A stretch of 64,000 bases of DNA from Hormiphora californensis (GCA_020137815.1 CM035357.1:4960001-5024000); one strand, 5' to 3'; shown: positions 26,101 to 38,701, numbered from the stretch's first letter. Notes: generated by a model from the letters alone, not told the origin. Translations and numbers: made by a program.

Positions 26101-27762
26101 TACAGAGTTTTTTTTGTGAAAGCTGTCATTTCAGAAATAAATAAATTCCCTGTATCTCAAAAACGGCTGATCGTAGAGACCTGAGACTATGCTTAAACGA
26201 TTCAGAGGGTCCGATTTTGGGGGGGTCTTCTGAGAGACATTTTGCTCCTACTTCAACCGTTTTTGCTGTAATTGCGAAAAACAAAACCCATCTTCGCCAT
26301 CGTGGATTTTTTTGTGATTTTGTTTTTGGTGATTATAGGGACCCATATGGACCAAATAGTGAAGGAATTAGCTTGTTACACATTTTTCCATAGTTTCGGT
26401 CCTTTCTTAGCTAAAATTCCCTAATTACAGGATATTGGATTTTAGCTTTTGCCCTTTCCATAGAATTTGTTTTTCGCAATTACAGCAAAAACGGTTGAAG
26501 TAGGAGCAAAATGTCTCTCAGAAGACCCCCCCAAAATCGGACCTTCTGAATCGTTTAAGCATAGTCTCAGGTCTCTACGATCAGCCGCTTTTGAGATACA
26601 GGGAATTTATTTATTTCTGAAATGACGGCTTACACAAAAAAAACTCTGTACAGCTTATCTCAAATAAGGACACGCCCAAAATTTATGGCCACTTAGATAA
26701 TCGTTAGACGCAACTTTTCACCAATTTACAGCTTTCACATGTTTTCGGAACTTTGCCAAATAGGGCGTTAAAGTGGAAAAAAAGAAATCCATCTCAGGAC
26801 CGGAAATCAGCTCGGATTGCAAAAAAAAATTTTGTGGTTATTCACCTTCATGTCCTCTTCAAATCCCCAAATTTTCATGCTCCTATCTTTAAAAAAAAAT
26901 TTTTGAGATGCCAAAAACGTATTTACAGGACATTTTTTAAACAGCTGTAGCAAAAATATGAATTCGACTTGAGAGCTCAAATTGCATATTTGAGGTCTCC
27001 TTGGCATGGCCTACAACCCTACGGTGAGAGATTTCCCTGCACTCGAAAAAAATTTTTGGTTAGCGTACCCTTAAACCAATATTTTACACAGAACTGATTA
27101 ACTAATTAATTAACTAATTAATTAACTGGTATATATATTTACCTGTCAGTAATCTGGGTGGCCATCCAATCCAAATTCCGCTGTGAGTGATGAGCCAAAA
27201 GTAGCACCGGTTTCTCCAGACACACAGGGAACTTCTTCAACCGTTTCCGAGCTAGACTCTCAGATTTAACAGCATCTGCCAGTGTCAGATTGGATCGCCC
27301 CGTCAGTTCGCACGTCCACACGTCCTTGGAGTATAGCTGAACCTTGTCTATATACTCACTGAGAGGGAATTAGGGAGAGTAAGAGATACGAGAGAGGAAA
27401 GGGAGGATTAGTCTAGGGAGAGATAAGAGTCCAACAGAGATATAATGAGGTGGCAGATACTGTTATAACTATCCAACAGGAACCGACCGAATCAGGAAAT
27501 ACTGATCCATGATTGGCTAATGACCAGTCACGTGACCTAAATAACGAGTTCTGATTGGTTGTTTACTTGTTTCGGTCGGTTCCTGCCACCCAAATATCAT
27601 AGGTAACTAGGACAATAATACATCGTGGATCACAGCCCCATAAACTTACTCGTATGTTTTGAAGGCCTCCCCCGAGGTCTCAATATAGAAGACTTCCTCT
27701 TCTTCTTTCCAATCAGGGGGTGTGGTTTTGAACTGGTAGGTTGCCTTGTTCAGAAGTGGCAT
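14148..27762 (-). CDS. BAZ1 family (WSTF/ACF1-like) chromatin remodelling subunit: WAC-DDT-WHIM-PHD-PHD-bromodomain, about 25 exons
   Basis: [35 protein letters not shown] (WAC); [18 protein letters not shown] (WHIM2); WERSI; PHDs [25 protein letters not shown] and [24 protein letters not shown]; [20 protein letters not shown]; stop at 14148. Confidence 0.9.
15109..15250. mobile_element. 142-bp perfect spacer-less palindrome (MITE-like, CAGTG ends); degenerate half-copy at about 11178-11243
   Basis: Arms mirror each other around acgcgt (centre 15179/15180). Confidence 0.8.
16437..16545. mobile_element. 109-bp hAT-like MITE, copy 2
   Basis: TIRs; TSD GTTCGGGG/GTTCGGAG. Confidence 0.85.
20895..21222 (+). 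CDS. Small single-pass membrane protein with a six-cysteine ectodomain (Shisa-like/WBP1-VOPP1 type), nested antisense in a BAZ1 intron; needs one 1-nt correction near 20980
   Basis: [18 protein letters not shown] signal peptide; C-x4-C-x3-CC-x11-CC; TM segment [18 protein letters not shown]; tail ..DGYENI; acceptor ctctatag 2 nt before the ATG. Confidence 0.6.
22084..22623. repeat. 39-bp minisatellite with longer variant units, intronic
   Basis: agttactgccaccctgtgtggtggttggaggaagtggtt repeated. Confidence 0.92.
24718..24914. mobile_element. Foldback MITE AAGTACCCAGC...GCTGGGTACTT, TA flanks
   Basis: About 85-bp inverted arms. Confidence 0.85.
25091..27070. mobile_element. Non-autonomous TTAA-target DNA transposon (GGG ends, Kolobok-like) containing about 580-bp inverted arms
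   Basis: TTAA-GGGTACGCTAACCAAAAATTTTTT ... AAAAAATTTTTGGTTAGCGTACCC-TTAA; arms at about 25702-26286 and 26467-27049. Confidence 0.85.
27477..27585. mobile_element. 109-bp hAT-like MITE, copy 3
   Basis: TIRs; degenerate TSD CTATCCAA/CCACCCAA. Confidence 0.82.
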
Positions 27763-27927
27763 GGAGACCTAGCTAGAGAAAAGGGGATGGTTAATTTAAT
27801 TTGGGGGGGGGGGGATGGAGACCTAGCTAGAGAAAAGGGGGATGGCTAATTTAATGGGGGAGGGGGGGGGGGCATGGAGACCTAGCTAGAGAAGGGGGGG
27901 GCGGAGTGGCATGGAGACCTAGCTAGA
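27757..27927 (-). repeat. Four tandem copies of the BAZ1 acceptor + ATG context
   Basis: atggagacctagctaga x4 on the plus strand. Confidence 0.8.
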
Positions 27928-28292
27928 ATTATAGGAGAGGGACGAGGGTGTGGTTAATTTCACGGGGGGGGGGGGGGATCTACGATATGGAAGGGTGGTT
28001 ACTGACAACTGTACGATGTAGTAAGATCTGGCAAATGTGGAAGGTGGCACTTTCTGACACGATAAACACAACTTTATCACAGAGAAATAAGGTACAGTAT
28101 AATCAGTATATTATAACTTTGTAGGTATTTAGGGAGTTAAAACGTGATTAATAAATTGAAAAAGTGCTCACACGATTGACCGCACATGTTTATTTCCATC
28201 CGTATCCAATAAACAAATGGAAACCACTTGTTGCCTCAGCAATTGAAAAGTTTAATATCAAGTCCTGATATGAGTCCTATTACCAAATCCAC

Positions 28293-31200
28293 TTAGTAGG
28301 CAGGTACCATCTCCATCCCATCTTCATCTCCCTCCTCGCCGCCATCTCCTACAGCATACTTGGTCAGATCCAGAGACAAGGTCTTACTAACAATACACTG
28401 CTCTTCCTCAGGGTAAATACCAATCAGGGAATCAGCCTTGGTATAAAATTCCTCCTTCAGAGAGATGATGATACATTGAGTATCCGCATCAGCCTGTCGC
28501 CGGATGTACCTCGCAACACGGTTAATATTGGTGTTGTCGAGTGCTGCGTCGATCTCATCGAGTACAAAGAATGGGGATGGTTGGTAGCTGTGGATGGCGA
28601 ATAGGAGTGCAAGGGCCGCCACGGTTTTCTCTCCTCCAGACAAGTTGTCCATGGGCCTAAATCTCTTTCCTGGTGCGACACAATTGTAACTTATTCCATC
28701 TAGGTAGGGCTCCTCAGGGTTCTCTGGACCGAGGAAAGCCTGGGCGCTGGGAGAGCTGGCAAGGTGCTTGTAAATCTCATCAATCTTTGCTGTAACGTGA
28801 TCAAACGCGTCCATGAACCTCTCAATTCGTTTCCGTTGGATTGCCTCAAAGTCCATCTTGGCTTTTTTCGCTCGTCGTCGGGACGATTCAAACTCGTTAT
28901 TCGTTTCCTGAACAGAGTGGTGGTTTTATGGTCAAATTGTTAAGGTGGGAAGCTATTTTACCAAAACTGCTATTGACGGAGACTTCGTTGGAACTTAGAA
29001 ACATCAAAATTAAAACTAGGAAATATTGCTACACAGTACACACACGCTCATCTGTACTCCACATGTGTACATACATGACATTGCAAACTGCAAGCTACAG
29101 ACGAACAAACACAGTATACACACACACATACAAAGCACTCACAGTCTGACACAGGCAGTGCTTACATACAATTCACATACACACATGGCACACACTGCAG
29201 CATGCGGCATGGTACAGGACACACAGACCTCAGTATAGAGTACTGAACACTTCACCACTCCAATGGAGTGAGCGTGAAGAGTTCAGTTGTTTTTCTGATG
29301 TTGCCAGTTGTTTTTATGGAGTGACTCCATAAAAACAACTGGCAACTGACAAGATTTCAATTGTCAGAACAGGAATTTCACTGCTTAACCCACCCTCACT
29401 ATTACTTTACCTGGAATTTCTCCTTGACAGTATCTAGTTTCTCCAACGCCTTCATGTTAGGGGCGGTAATCCTCTGCAGAGTGTTCATCATACTCTCTAA
29501 CTTCCTCTCATACGCCTCACACTGAAACAGAATGGGGGAATTTATAACATGGTATAAGTGGCAAGGGTCAACGGTTTCAAAATTCGAATGTTCTTACATA
29601 TATATGGGCAACAAAACTGCATCATTGCATTCAACAGTGCACTGTCCAGTAACTATAAAAACTAAGTATGTAAATTTAAATTTAAATATTACCTGATGTT
29701 CGATTTCCTTCTGATCCGTATACTCCTTCATTTCAGCATCAAGAGAACTGTAATCCAGGACAATCTTTGACTCCTTTTCGTAGATCTTGGCAATGTTTTG
29801 TGTACTCTGGCTGTCAGGATCTGTTGAGGTTGACTGCTGTGTTCCCTCCAATTCAGAGGTCTGAGTTGCTCCCCCTGCCCCCGGGTTCTGGATGTCATCC
29901 ATACTGCCCTGTTTTAGGGGCAGTTTGATGTCCTGGAGTTTACAGGACTTCAACAGGCCATGTCTCTCCGCTTTCTTCTGCTCCACATTCACATCTTGGC
30001 TGTTGGAAAGTTTTTGGATCTTGGAAATCTCTCTCATGTGATCACTGAGGATTTTCCTAATCTCCTTCAACTCAATCTCTGTCTGTTCACTGTTGCTTTT
30101 GAAGTCTTCCTTCTCCTTCGTTGCTTCTTCGTAATCCTTCTGGGTCTTCTCGATGGACTTCAACTGTTGCTTCTCTTCTTCTTTCAGTTTGGCCAAATCG
30201 TCTTCATCCGCCACCAGTTGGTCCTCGTACTTCTTCACCTGACCCTTTGTGTTTCTCCGCTTCTCAAAATCAAGTTGACTCTGCAGTTTGGATTGGTGAT
30301 TAGCAAACTCAAGCCTCTTTTTTGCTTTCTCCTGCTGTTTCGACAGTTGCTTCTCCTCGTACTGACGAATGTTATCAAGACCGTTGCTCTTGCAGAAGTC
30401 CTTGAAAATCTTGTCTTCCACAACATTTAGCTTGTCCTGGAAATCATCAATCTGCCCGGCTCTCTCCTCTATCTGGGTATCTAACTTCTCCACAACAGGT
30501 GCCAGATCGGCCAACTCGTGTTTAATCGTCAGAGCTTCCTTGTTGTACTCAGACATGGTTTGATCAATGGAACTGTCCCTGTCTCGTTTGCTGTACTTCA
30601 GTCGAGTCTCCAGACCGTTGATCTGTGAAGTGAGGTTGTTGAGCTCTGGTTCCTTTCGTCTGATCACATTGAGTTCCTTCAGTTCCTCCAAATACCGATC
30701 ACGGGATCTCTTCAATCCATCAACTGCCTTCTCGTCCCACCTCTTTGCCTTTCTCTTGATGTCACTGGCACCGCCATGAAATGATACCCGACTTGCTGAA
30801 GAGTGTTCCATCGAGCGCCACGGCTTTGTGTCTCTCGCTCCCGCTGAAGCACAGTTTCCTCGCCTCCTCCATTGTATCACAAACAAGGGAATTTCCACAG
30901 GCATACTGGAGGGCCTTCTTGATTTGAGGAGGATCGTACCGGATAACATCAATAACCAACTTGGCCGAACCACCAAGGCTCCTCAGTTTCTCGTTGGTCG
31001 GTTTCACCTGGATGGTATCCAGGGGGATGAAGGTGGAAGGCTCCGATCTCTGCTCCTTCATGTACTGGATACAGTCACGGCCGCATTGCTCCGAATCGAC
31101 AACAATGGCATCCATGTTTTTACCGAGAACCTTGGTAATAGCTACCTGATACCTTCGGTGAACTGGCTCACATAAATCAATCAATCGTCCGTGAACACCC

Positions 31201-32721
31201 GGGAAGAGACGTTTCATGCTCTCAAGAGTTTCTGCCTTTCTTTGGTTTCGTGCAGACTCGTGTTTGTCCACTTTAGCGTCCCGCAGCTCACTCTGGACAC
31301 CCTCAAGTTGAGATTGGTTCTCCGAGTACCGTTGGTTAGCAATCCTAATCTCAGCAGCCAGTTTATCCTTCTCCTGCTTTAGCTTGTTGACAGTCTGAGA
31401 ACTTTGGGAGATGTACTGCTCCAACTTTGTAATCCTCTCCTGAAGCTGCTGCTTTTGCTCCTTCAGCTGAACCTGCCTCTGCTCCAAATCCACTTTCTTC
31501 TGATTTGTCTGTTCCAGCTCTTCCTCGTCGGCTTGCTGCTGTCGCTGAATCCTGTTTAGGTTCTGCCGGAGTGAAGTTGTCTGTTGGCTCGCCTTCTCCT
31601 TCAGATTGTTGTACTCTTGGACCTTGTCATCCTCAAGCTCAATCTCCTGGCTTTCCTGGTTCTCCTCCTCGTATGTCTCGATCATACCCTGGACTTCAGC
31701 CAGCTCTTTCTCCAGATCAGCAACTACAATTGTATGGTTCTCAAGGGCCATCTCAGCTTTTGTGATGGACTTCTTCGTCAGGTCAACCTTCTTTTGGAGA
31801 TGGACAACTTTCTCCTTTGTTTTGATGTACTTTGGTCGTTTTAGATTCAGCTCAACTTCTTTTGTTTTTACATTTTTCTCCAAGATCTGCTGCTCACGCT
31901 GGATCCGAGCAATTTCCGCTTTCTTGCTCTTTAGCTCCAGCTCAACCTTTCCTTTCTTCCTATTTTCCGAGGCAAGGTGTTTGTTGATGGAGGTCATCTC
32001 ATCCTTAATGTCAGATATTTTCCTGTCAGTGTGGTAAAGTTTAAACAGCTGAAACTCCAACTGGATGTCATTGAGATTCCTGTTTAGGGTAGTAAACTTG
32101 TCTGCCTCCTCTTTCTCAGCCTTGGCTTCCCTCCTTTCCGCAGCAATGCCCTTTCTCTTGTGGTAAGAGAAACTCGTGTCTTCTTGGGCTTTAACCATTT
32201 CCTCCCGTAGGCGTTCATACTCTTCCTTGAGTTCGTCCGACCGGCTGATTTGTTCGAACAGATCGGTCCTCTCTTTGGGAGTCTTCATCGCAATAGACTC
32301 CACTGCTCCCTGGAAAACCAAGAAATTCTTGGCTTTGATTAAAATACCAAGTGTCTCTAATTTGGCTTGGTATTCAGCAGGAGTCAGGACTCGCCCGTTG
32401 ATTCTGTACTCGGAGCCATTGCCAATGATGGTTCTGGTAAACTGAATCTCCTCCCCATCGTTCTCCTGATAAACAGCAGTCACGTATGCTCGATTAGCGG
32501 CCGCTTTTCCAACTACTGCACCATGGATTAGGTCTTTCAGGGACCTAACTCGCAGGTTAGAGGTCTTGTCGCCGAGCACGAAGCTAATGGCGTCCATGAG
32601 GTTACTTTTTCCGGCTCCATTCGGTCCAATAATGGCAGAAAACTTGGAAAACGGTCCAATAACTTGGTAAGCCCTTGTAGGACTTGAAATTCTCCAACTC
32701 TAAACGGTGGAGAAGCCCCAT
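28293..32721 (-). CDS. SMC1: Cohesin subunit SMC1; exons 32721-29693, 29521-29411, 28907-28293; two apparent 1-nt insertions (about 32670 and about 30777)
   Basis: [32 protein letters not shown] (Walker A); hinge [12 protein letters not shown]; [15 protein letters not shown] signature; [13 protein letters not shown] (Walker B). Confidence 0.96.
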
Positions 32722-33477
32722 GTTTGGCTACAAAAAAGGATAGGTGTGTTACAAAAGGGTGCACAGTGTAAACTGTAAGTGTACAATACAGTTACAGATG
32801 ATAGTATGAATGCCTTTCTGCTGTAAGAGGGAAAAATTATTCGTCATATATATATGTGGCCAGTGCAGGGTAATGCAGTATTTTACAAAACTTTATCACG
32901 AATTTGGCGAACGGTGACGGGTGAATTGGCAAATATCTCGACGCTCCCTTAAATTTGTTCGTAAATTTGCTTATCCGGAATAAGCAAATTTACGAACCCC
33001 AACGCGGGATATATAATAGGGGCACTGTTCAAAACGGCGAATTGGCATACGCTGCAGGCCCCTTATAAGGGGCCTGGAGGGAATACCGCGCTAGGCGGGA
33101 ATACATAATATATCTTATTCTCCTCTTCCCTCAGAATGAATTCCATTTACAATGTCCTGAAGAACGACTTCGATTACGAAGGAATTAATCTTCACATTGC
33201 CCTCCTCTATTATCCCATGTGAGTATTTACTCCTTCATAAAACATTCCATCTTCATCTACTAGCCCATGTGATTCTTGGAGAAAAGTGAGAACAGCCAGG
33301 TTTCCCCCCTATTTTTATGTTTTCCATTTTATATTTCCTAACATTCTGACATCAACCATCATAGGTACATTCAACTGGTACTGACAATAGAGACGTTCAT
33401 CCAGACGATTACCCTCCTCTTTGTACTGCACTGGCTGTACAACACCATGACTAAAAGAAACATCCTGAAGTCTCTAC

Positions 33478-34158
33478 GGGGGGGTTCCAACCTATTTTTT
33501 TGTATTTTTTTGTATTTTTTTGTACGGACCATACATAAAAGTATCCAAAATTCCTGTTTTTTTCCATACAAACAATACAAAAAAGTACAAAAAAGTACAA
33601 AAAAATAATGAAGGATGTGGGTGCGTGAAAAAAGTATAAATAATACATGTACATGAACATAAACTGAACCCAGCTATACATAAACGGTAAGAAATTGCGA
33701 TTCGGGGAAATTTCTCGCTTAGAAAATACGATTCGAGAAAATTTTCTCGGTAAGAAATTGCGATTCGGGAAAATTTCTCGCTTAGAAAATACGATTCGAG
33801 AAAATTTTCTCGGTAAGAAATTGCGATTCGAGGAAATTTCTCGCTTAGAAAATACGATTCGAGAAAATTTTCTCGGTAAGAAATTGCGATTCGGGGAAAT
33901 TTCTCTCGCGATTTTGGCATGCTACATATGTAAAATATGTATATATTTTGTGCTAAATTGCGTGAAATAGCGTGGAAGAATGTTTAAAAACAGTAAAAGT
34001 TCGAACAATAATGGTAAATTACCATATAAAACTGTTTTTATTTTTTTGTATTTTTTTGTACTTTTTTGTATTTTTTTGTATTTTTTTGTATTTTTTTGTT
34101 TGAGGAAGCCCGTGTTTTTTTCCGTACAAACGTACACGAAATAGGTTGGAACCCCCCC
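33478..34158. mobile_element. Non-autonomous TIR element (GGGGGGGTTCCAACCTATTT ends), 8-bp TSD, internal 63-bp tandem array (33684-33906)
   Basis: TSD GTCTCTAC at 33470-33477 and 34159-34166. Confidence 0.85.
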
Positions 34159-34927
34159 GTCTCTACAGAAGAAGCCTGAATGGGAGGTGAACTAGGACAA
34201 ATTGGAGGGACCGGCAGTTGTGGTTGGAGAAACAGATTGTTAGCAAGTGGAAGACTTACTTGAGACTTACTAAGCGGGGAGAGGGACAGTTATGTTTAGA
34301 AGGAGAAACGGACTGCTTAGTTTTGTAATAATACTGCCAGACTGACTGTTAGTTAGATGGGGATATTATATGTATGCGACTGATTGTTAAAACAAGACCT
34401 GAATTGTCAGGGTGAAGCCTTGCCGTCTGAATTGTTACTGTAAAGCTATAACATATACTATCAACCCCTAATTTGGTGGTTTATAGCTTCGAGCATGTCT
34501 CTCTCTAGGCCCCTGGTTCAATTCCCGGGCAAACTCAGTATTTTTCGATTTTCTTCCCTATTTAATTCTTGCTCTGATCTCATTGATAAATAATCAATCA
34601 ATCTCTACTTAACCGAGGTCTGTCCGTATGCATGTGAGATAATCTCATAAATGGGGAAATCTTAGTGAGATTTGCCGGAAATCTCACTGTTATTTCCACG
34701 TTTAAATATTTTGTACAGAGGTCATGTGTTGTGCGAAAGCAACAGAAGAAGATATAAAAATTACTTCCTTATCAATTAAAATAAGAAATGCTCCCCTCTT
34801 GTCCGTACGAGATCAAAATTGAGCTGGAAAGCTGGCTGAGGAGAGAGGGGAAGAGGTGGAAACCGTTCAATATTTTTAACCCCACAATGCCTCCTTGGCC
34901 TTGCCATCGCTAAGGAGTGCAAGAAAT

Positions 34928-35050
<123 letters not shown>

Positions 35051-35870
35051 CAATCATGTAATCACTTCCGTATAGGACTGAGAGAGCAGAGATGATATCA
35101 CCGAGAGAGAAAAGAATCTCTGATCTGGCTCTCCTCTTTTAGAGATTCTTGGGAAAGCAGAGAAGGAAACAATTACCCCCATGCAAAGAATCGACCATTT
35201 CTAAAACCTTCCTCTTGGCCTTGGTGGTTATGTTCCTGTTGGTTGATATTTTATGTTTGCACATCCCCCCTCGCCAGTCACCATGGGAATATATGAAAAA
35301 TCTTATGGGATTCATATCTATGTGAGACACAGATAGAATTCGAATGTCAGAACTGTTTAGAAATGAGGGATGGGTAACCGGTAGTAGTTGTCAGAAGAGA
35401 GTTAAACCGTGAAATATATCCCATGCACTGAGCGATAGATGCGAAATGTGTTGACGTGTGATATCAGTATTCGTTTTCTCTGAGGAGATTTATGTCGAGT
35501 GTTGTCTCTGCTTATATGGGAAGATCTGATAAATTCTAATTGCTCTACCCCGCTTGTTCATGTCTTAGTTGTACTTTTTCTTCTTTCCAACCTTCCTCTA
35601 TTGTGGAACTACACTCATCTTGAACTGATCGCCCACAGTACTTTCTTGAGACTTACATGATCTCCGCTGGGCTCCCTCTAGGACATGCACTTCTTATTAG
35701 CCATTGCTTAAATTCAAGAATGAATTATATGCGGCTGTCTTCTGACTATGTCGCTGCGACATAGTCGCATTGCCTCCAGCCCCACATTTGAAGATGAAGC
35801 GTGTGAACAAACAAAATGTTTTGATTTCCAGTTCACATATTATAACCAATTCTTCTCCCCCAGCATCACA

Positions 35871-37047
35871 ATGGGAATAGAGAAGTTAGTGGTAACGCTA
35901 GATAACCCTGTTTACCAGCCAGGTCAAGTCCTCTCAGGGCATATCTCGTTCACCATCAACAAAGCTATTGATTCTGACGGAGTGTTTATCAAGGTATCCG
36001 GTAAAGCAGAAACCCAGTGGAAGGAAAGGCATTATAACAGGAACAACAGGAATCGGTCCGGTCATGTAGGAGGTAAGGTTTTATATTAATCTCTTGAGGC
36101 ACACGTGCTCTCACGGGTGTATACTGTATATACCATATGATTGAAATTAACAGCTTTATTTTTCATCACATGCTCAGTAACACTTCATTACAGGACATCG
36201 CCATGGACACCATGGACACCATGGAAACAATCAAAGGCAAGCCCAAACCCTGGTATACCACAGCAAGGAGGTTTACATCAAAGAGAAATGGGCAGTCTTC
36301 ACCCCACCAAATGGGAAGATAGAACCTGACAACTACAATTTTCCCTTTACCTTCCAGCTTCCAGTTAACCTCCCTGGATCATTTAATGGTGCACACGGGA
36401 AAATAGAATACCATGTAAAAGGTCACGTGCACAGGAGTGGGCTTTGCTTGGCTACAAAGCAGAAACTTCCGTTTACCCTTGCACCAATACGAGATCTAAA
36501 CAAGACCCCCGAGAAACAGGAACCGGTCACCCAAAAGAGAGAGAAAAAGTTTGGGATGCTCTTCTGGAAGAGGAAGCCGGTTGTTGCTACAGTGAAGCTT
36601 AACAAGCAAGGGTTTGTGTACGGTGAGAGTGTGATGATCTCGGCTGAAATTGATAACAAGAGCGGGGTAAACATGGCCCACACCAGAGTTTCACTTTGGA
36701 AGACCGTCACGTTCTCCGCCGATGAAAAGAGAGCAAAAATAGGAGTCATGAATCCTACACAAACAACTGTGTACGGCAGTCGGACCTGTACGGGGGCAAT
36801 TGCCAAAACTAGGTTGGACGGGGTAGCAAAAGGAAACAAGGTTGAGCTACCAGCGGCCTGTCTGGAGGTACCAATAGATACACCAGCTAGTACCATGGAG
36901 CATTGCAACCTTATTGATGTGGCTTATACCATCCACTTTGAAGCTGTCCCCTCCGGACTGCATCGTCTTTTTAAATTTGTAATGATCATACCAATCGATA
37001 TTGGAAGTGTTCCGTTCAAAGATGTATCAATCAATGCAACAGAGTGA
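35871..37047 (+). CDS. Alpha-arrestin (ARRDC-like), exons 35871-36072 and 36194-37047
   Basis: VYQPGQVLSG..GKAETQW; YNFPFTFQLPVNLPGSFNGAHGKIEYHVKG; GFVYGESVMISAEIDNKS; CNLIDVAY; IPIDIGSVP. Confidence 0.9.
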
Positions 37048-38029
37048 GCGATCAAGCACAGCTGAGTTAAAGTGTGTGTTTTGGACCGTGTAGGACTGAA
37101 AATCTGATGAAAGAAGGATTTAGTGAGACGATATAATGTTGTTTATAAGAAGTTGCATGAGATTAAGCATTTACCTTAGTGAAGCTGAGGAGGACTAAGA
37201 GGTGTGTCGTACTTAGTTAAGTTGACTTTAGACCAACATAATCGTTTTCGCAACTACATTATTATTTGTATTATAAATCGTCAGGGACTTGCGGGGTGTA
37301 CCAGGAGTGTTGTTTTGAGCAGCCATTCCTATTGTGTCCCTTTCCCCTTCCGATCTCTGTGTCGTAACACAATACTGATGGTACGCCCCGCAAATTCGGG
37401 TCCCTCTTTGCTTAAATACAATGCTGAGTTTGATCTAGTTTGAAATATTTTACTACTGACTACTCCCAAATCAAAAACTAACATACATAGGTATTCTGCT
37501 GTATAGCCTAAAATTTAGGCCCTAAATGATTGGAGTAGTACTTGTCCTACTTGAAAACATGCTGTCTAATCTAACGAATTTCAAAATCGGTGGAGCCTAA
37601 TTTGAAAGTTATGTTACAGTGGACAAGACGATGGATCGAAATATCTAGTGGAACTAACAGACGTCCAGAATCATAGATTGAAACACCACCAAAGTTGAGA
37701 CACCAGAGGGGATGAGTAGGCGTTCTATCCCGCATCCCGCGGTTGGGTGACAGATGACACAGTGTGCCAGACACACTGACAAGTAGTACAAAGTCCAAAT
37801 CCGCTGTTCTAGCCACTTGGAGTCAGTAAGAAAGAAAATTTTGGTTGGCATAACTTTTTTTTCTCTCTAAATTCACTAACCCCAACACCGATTGGCATCA
37901 CTTTCCAACAGCCGAAGAGAAGCTGCCGAAGAGAGATAGGGGGTAACCGTATGAAGAGTTAATCGCGATGAGTCTCATTCACATTGGGTTCGGTCATTTG
38001 CCCCCGGTGTTGGGGTTAGTAATAAATAT

Positions 38030-38701
38030 ATATTTGGCGGGCGCCGTTACGATCTGGGTGTTTGGAGGCCTGTTTACAGGTGCGCGCTGCCAAAAAAGTT
38101 GATTCACTAAAATGGCTCTAACCGCCAAACCACTCAACCGTTTTGGCTGATTCAAAGTTTATCTGGTAGGGAATGTCAAGGCCTAACCCCAACCCAAACC
38201 CCAACCCTAACCCTACTTTAGCCCTAACCCTAAAAAACCGTTTGTCAGCACTCCCAAAACACCCAGATTTTAACGCTGGCCATAAAGTCCGATTTTTTGA
38301 AACTGTCACCCCCCTGAAATAACAAAATTTGTCATATCTCCGGTTCCTGATAAGATAGAGACTTGAAATTTGGAGGTTCGGAAGAATTTAGTAAGATCTT
38401 CGTAACCTCCAAATTTCAAGTCTCTATCTCATCGGGAACCGGAGTTATGGTCATTTTAAGAAACTTGAAAACTCTAAAAAACGACAGTTATTTAAAATCC
38501 GACTATATTTGGACCAAAATTTTCTTTTTTACTGACTCCACGCTGCTGGCCCCCTGTTCTGCGCCACGCGCAGCGCGGGATATGGCAGCGCTTTTCAAAC
38601 CATGCAGCGCATTCCAACGAAACACCCAGATTTTAACGCCGCGCTGGCCAGCGTTAAAAACTGGGTGTTTCGTGAGTGCTGACAAACGGTTTTTTTTAGG
38701 G
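38030..38701. mobile_element. Cluster of nested MITEs: repeat arm 38030-38228 (inverted partner 43445-43625), TIR element 38229-38700, inner MITE 38285-38505
   Basis: cctaaaaaaccgtttgtcagcactc / gagtgctgacaaacggtttttttttagg TIRs; (cctaac)-like repeats. Confidence 0.7.

Noticed and set aside
25744-27007. Duplicated 65-66 aa ORFs on both strands
   Set aside because: By-product of the inverted repeat; no transposase motifs
29960-32445. Long + strand ORFs opposite SMC1
   Set aside because: Antisense shadows of coiled-coil codon usage
30762-32700. Programmed frameshifting, RNA editing or pseudogenisation of SMC1 (and the breaks in the ZnF and nested genes)
   Set aside because: Single extra bases scattered across unrelated, otherwise well-conserved genes, with no shared slippery motif, are best explained by consensus errors. 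Raw reads would settle it.
34470-34540. tRNA gene (GGTTCAATTCC B-box)
   Set aside because: No cloverleaf could be formed; at most a SINE remnant
38183-38232. Interstitial telomere
   Set aside because: Short degenerate CCTAAC run that is part of a dispersed repeat with an inverted partner at about 43470
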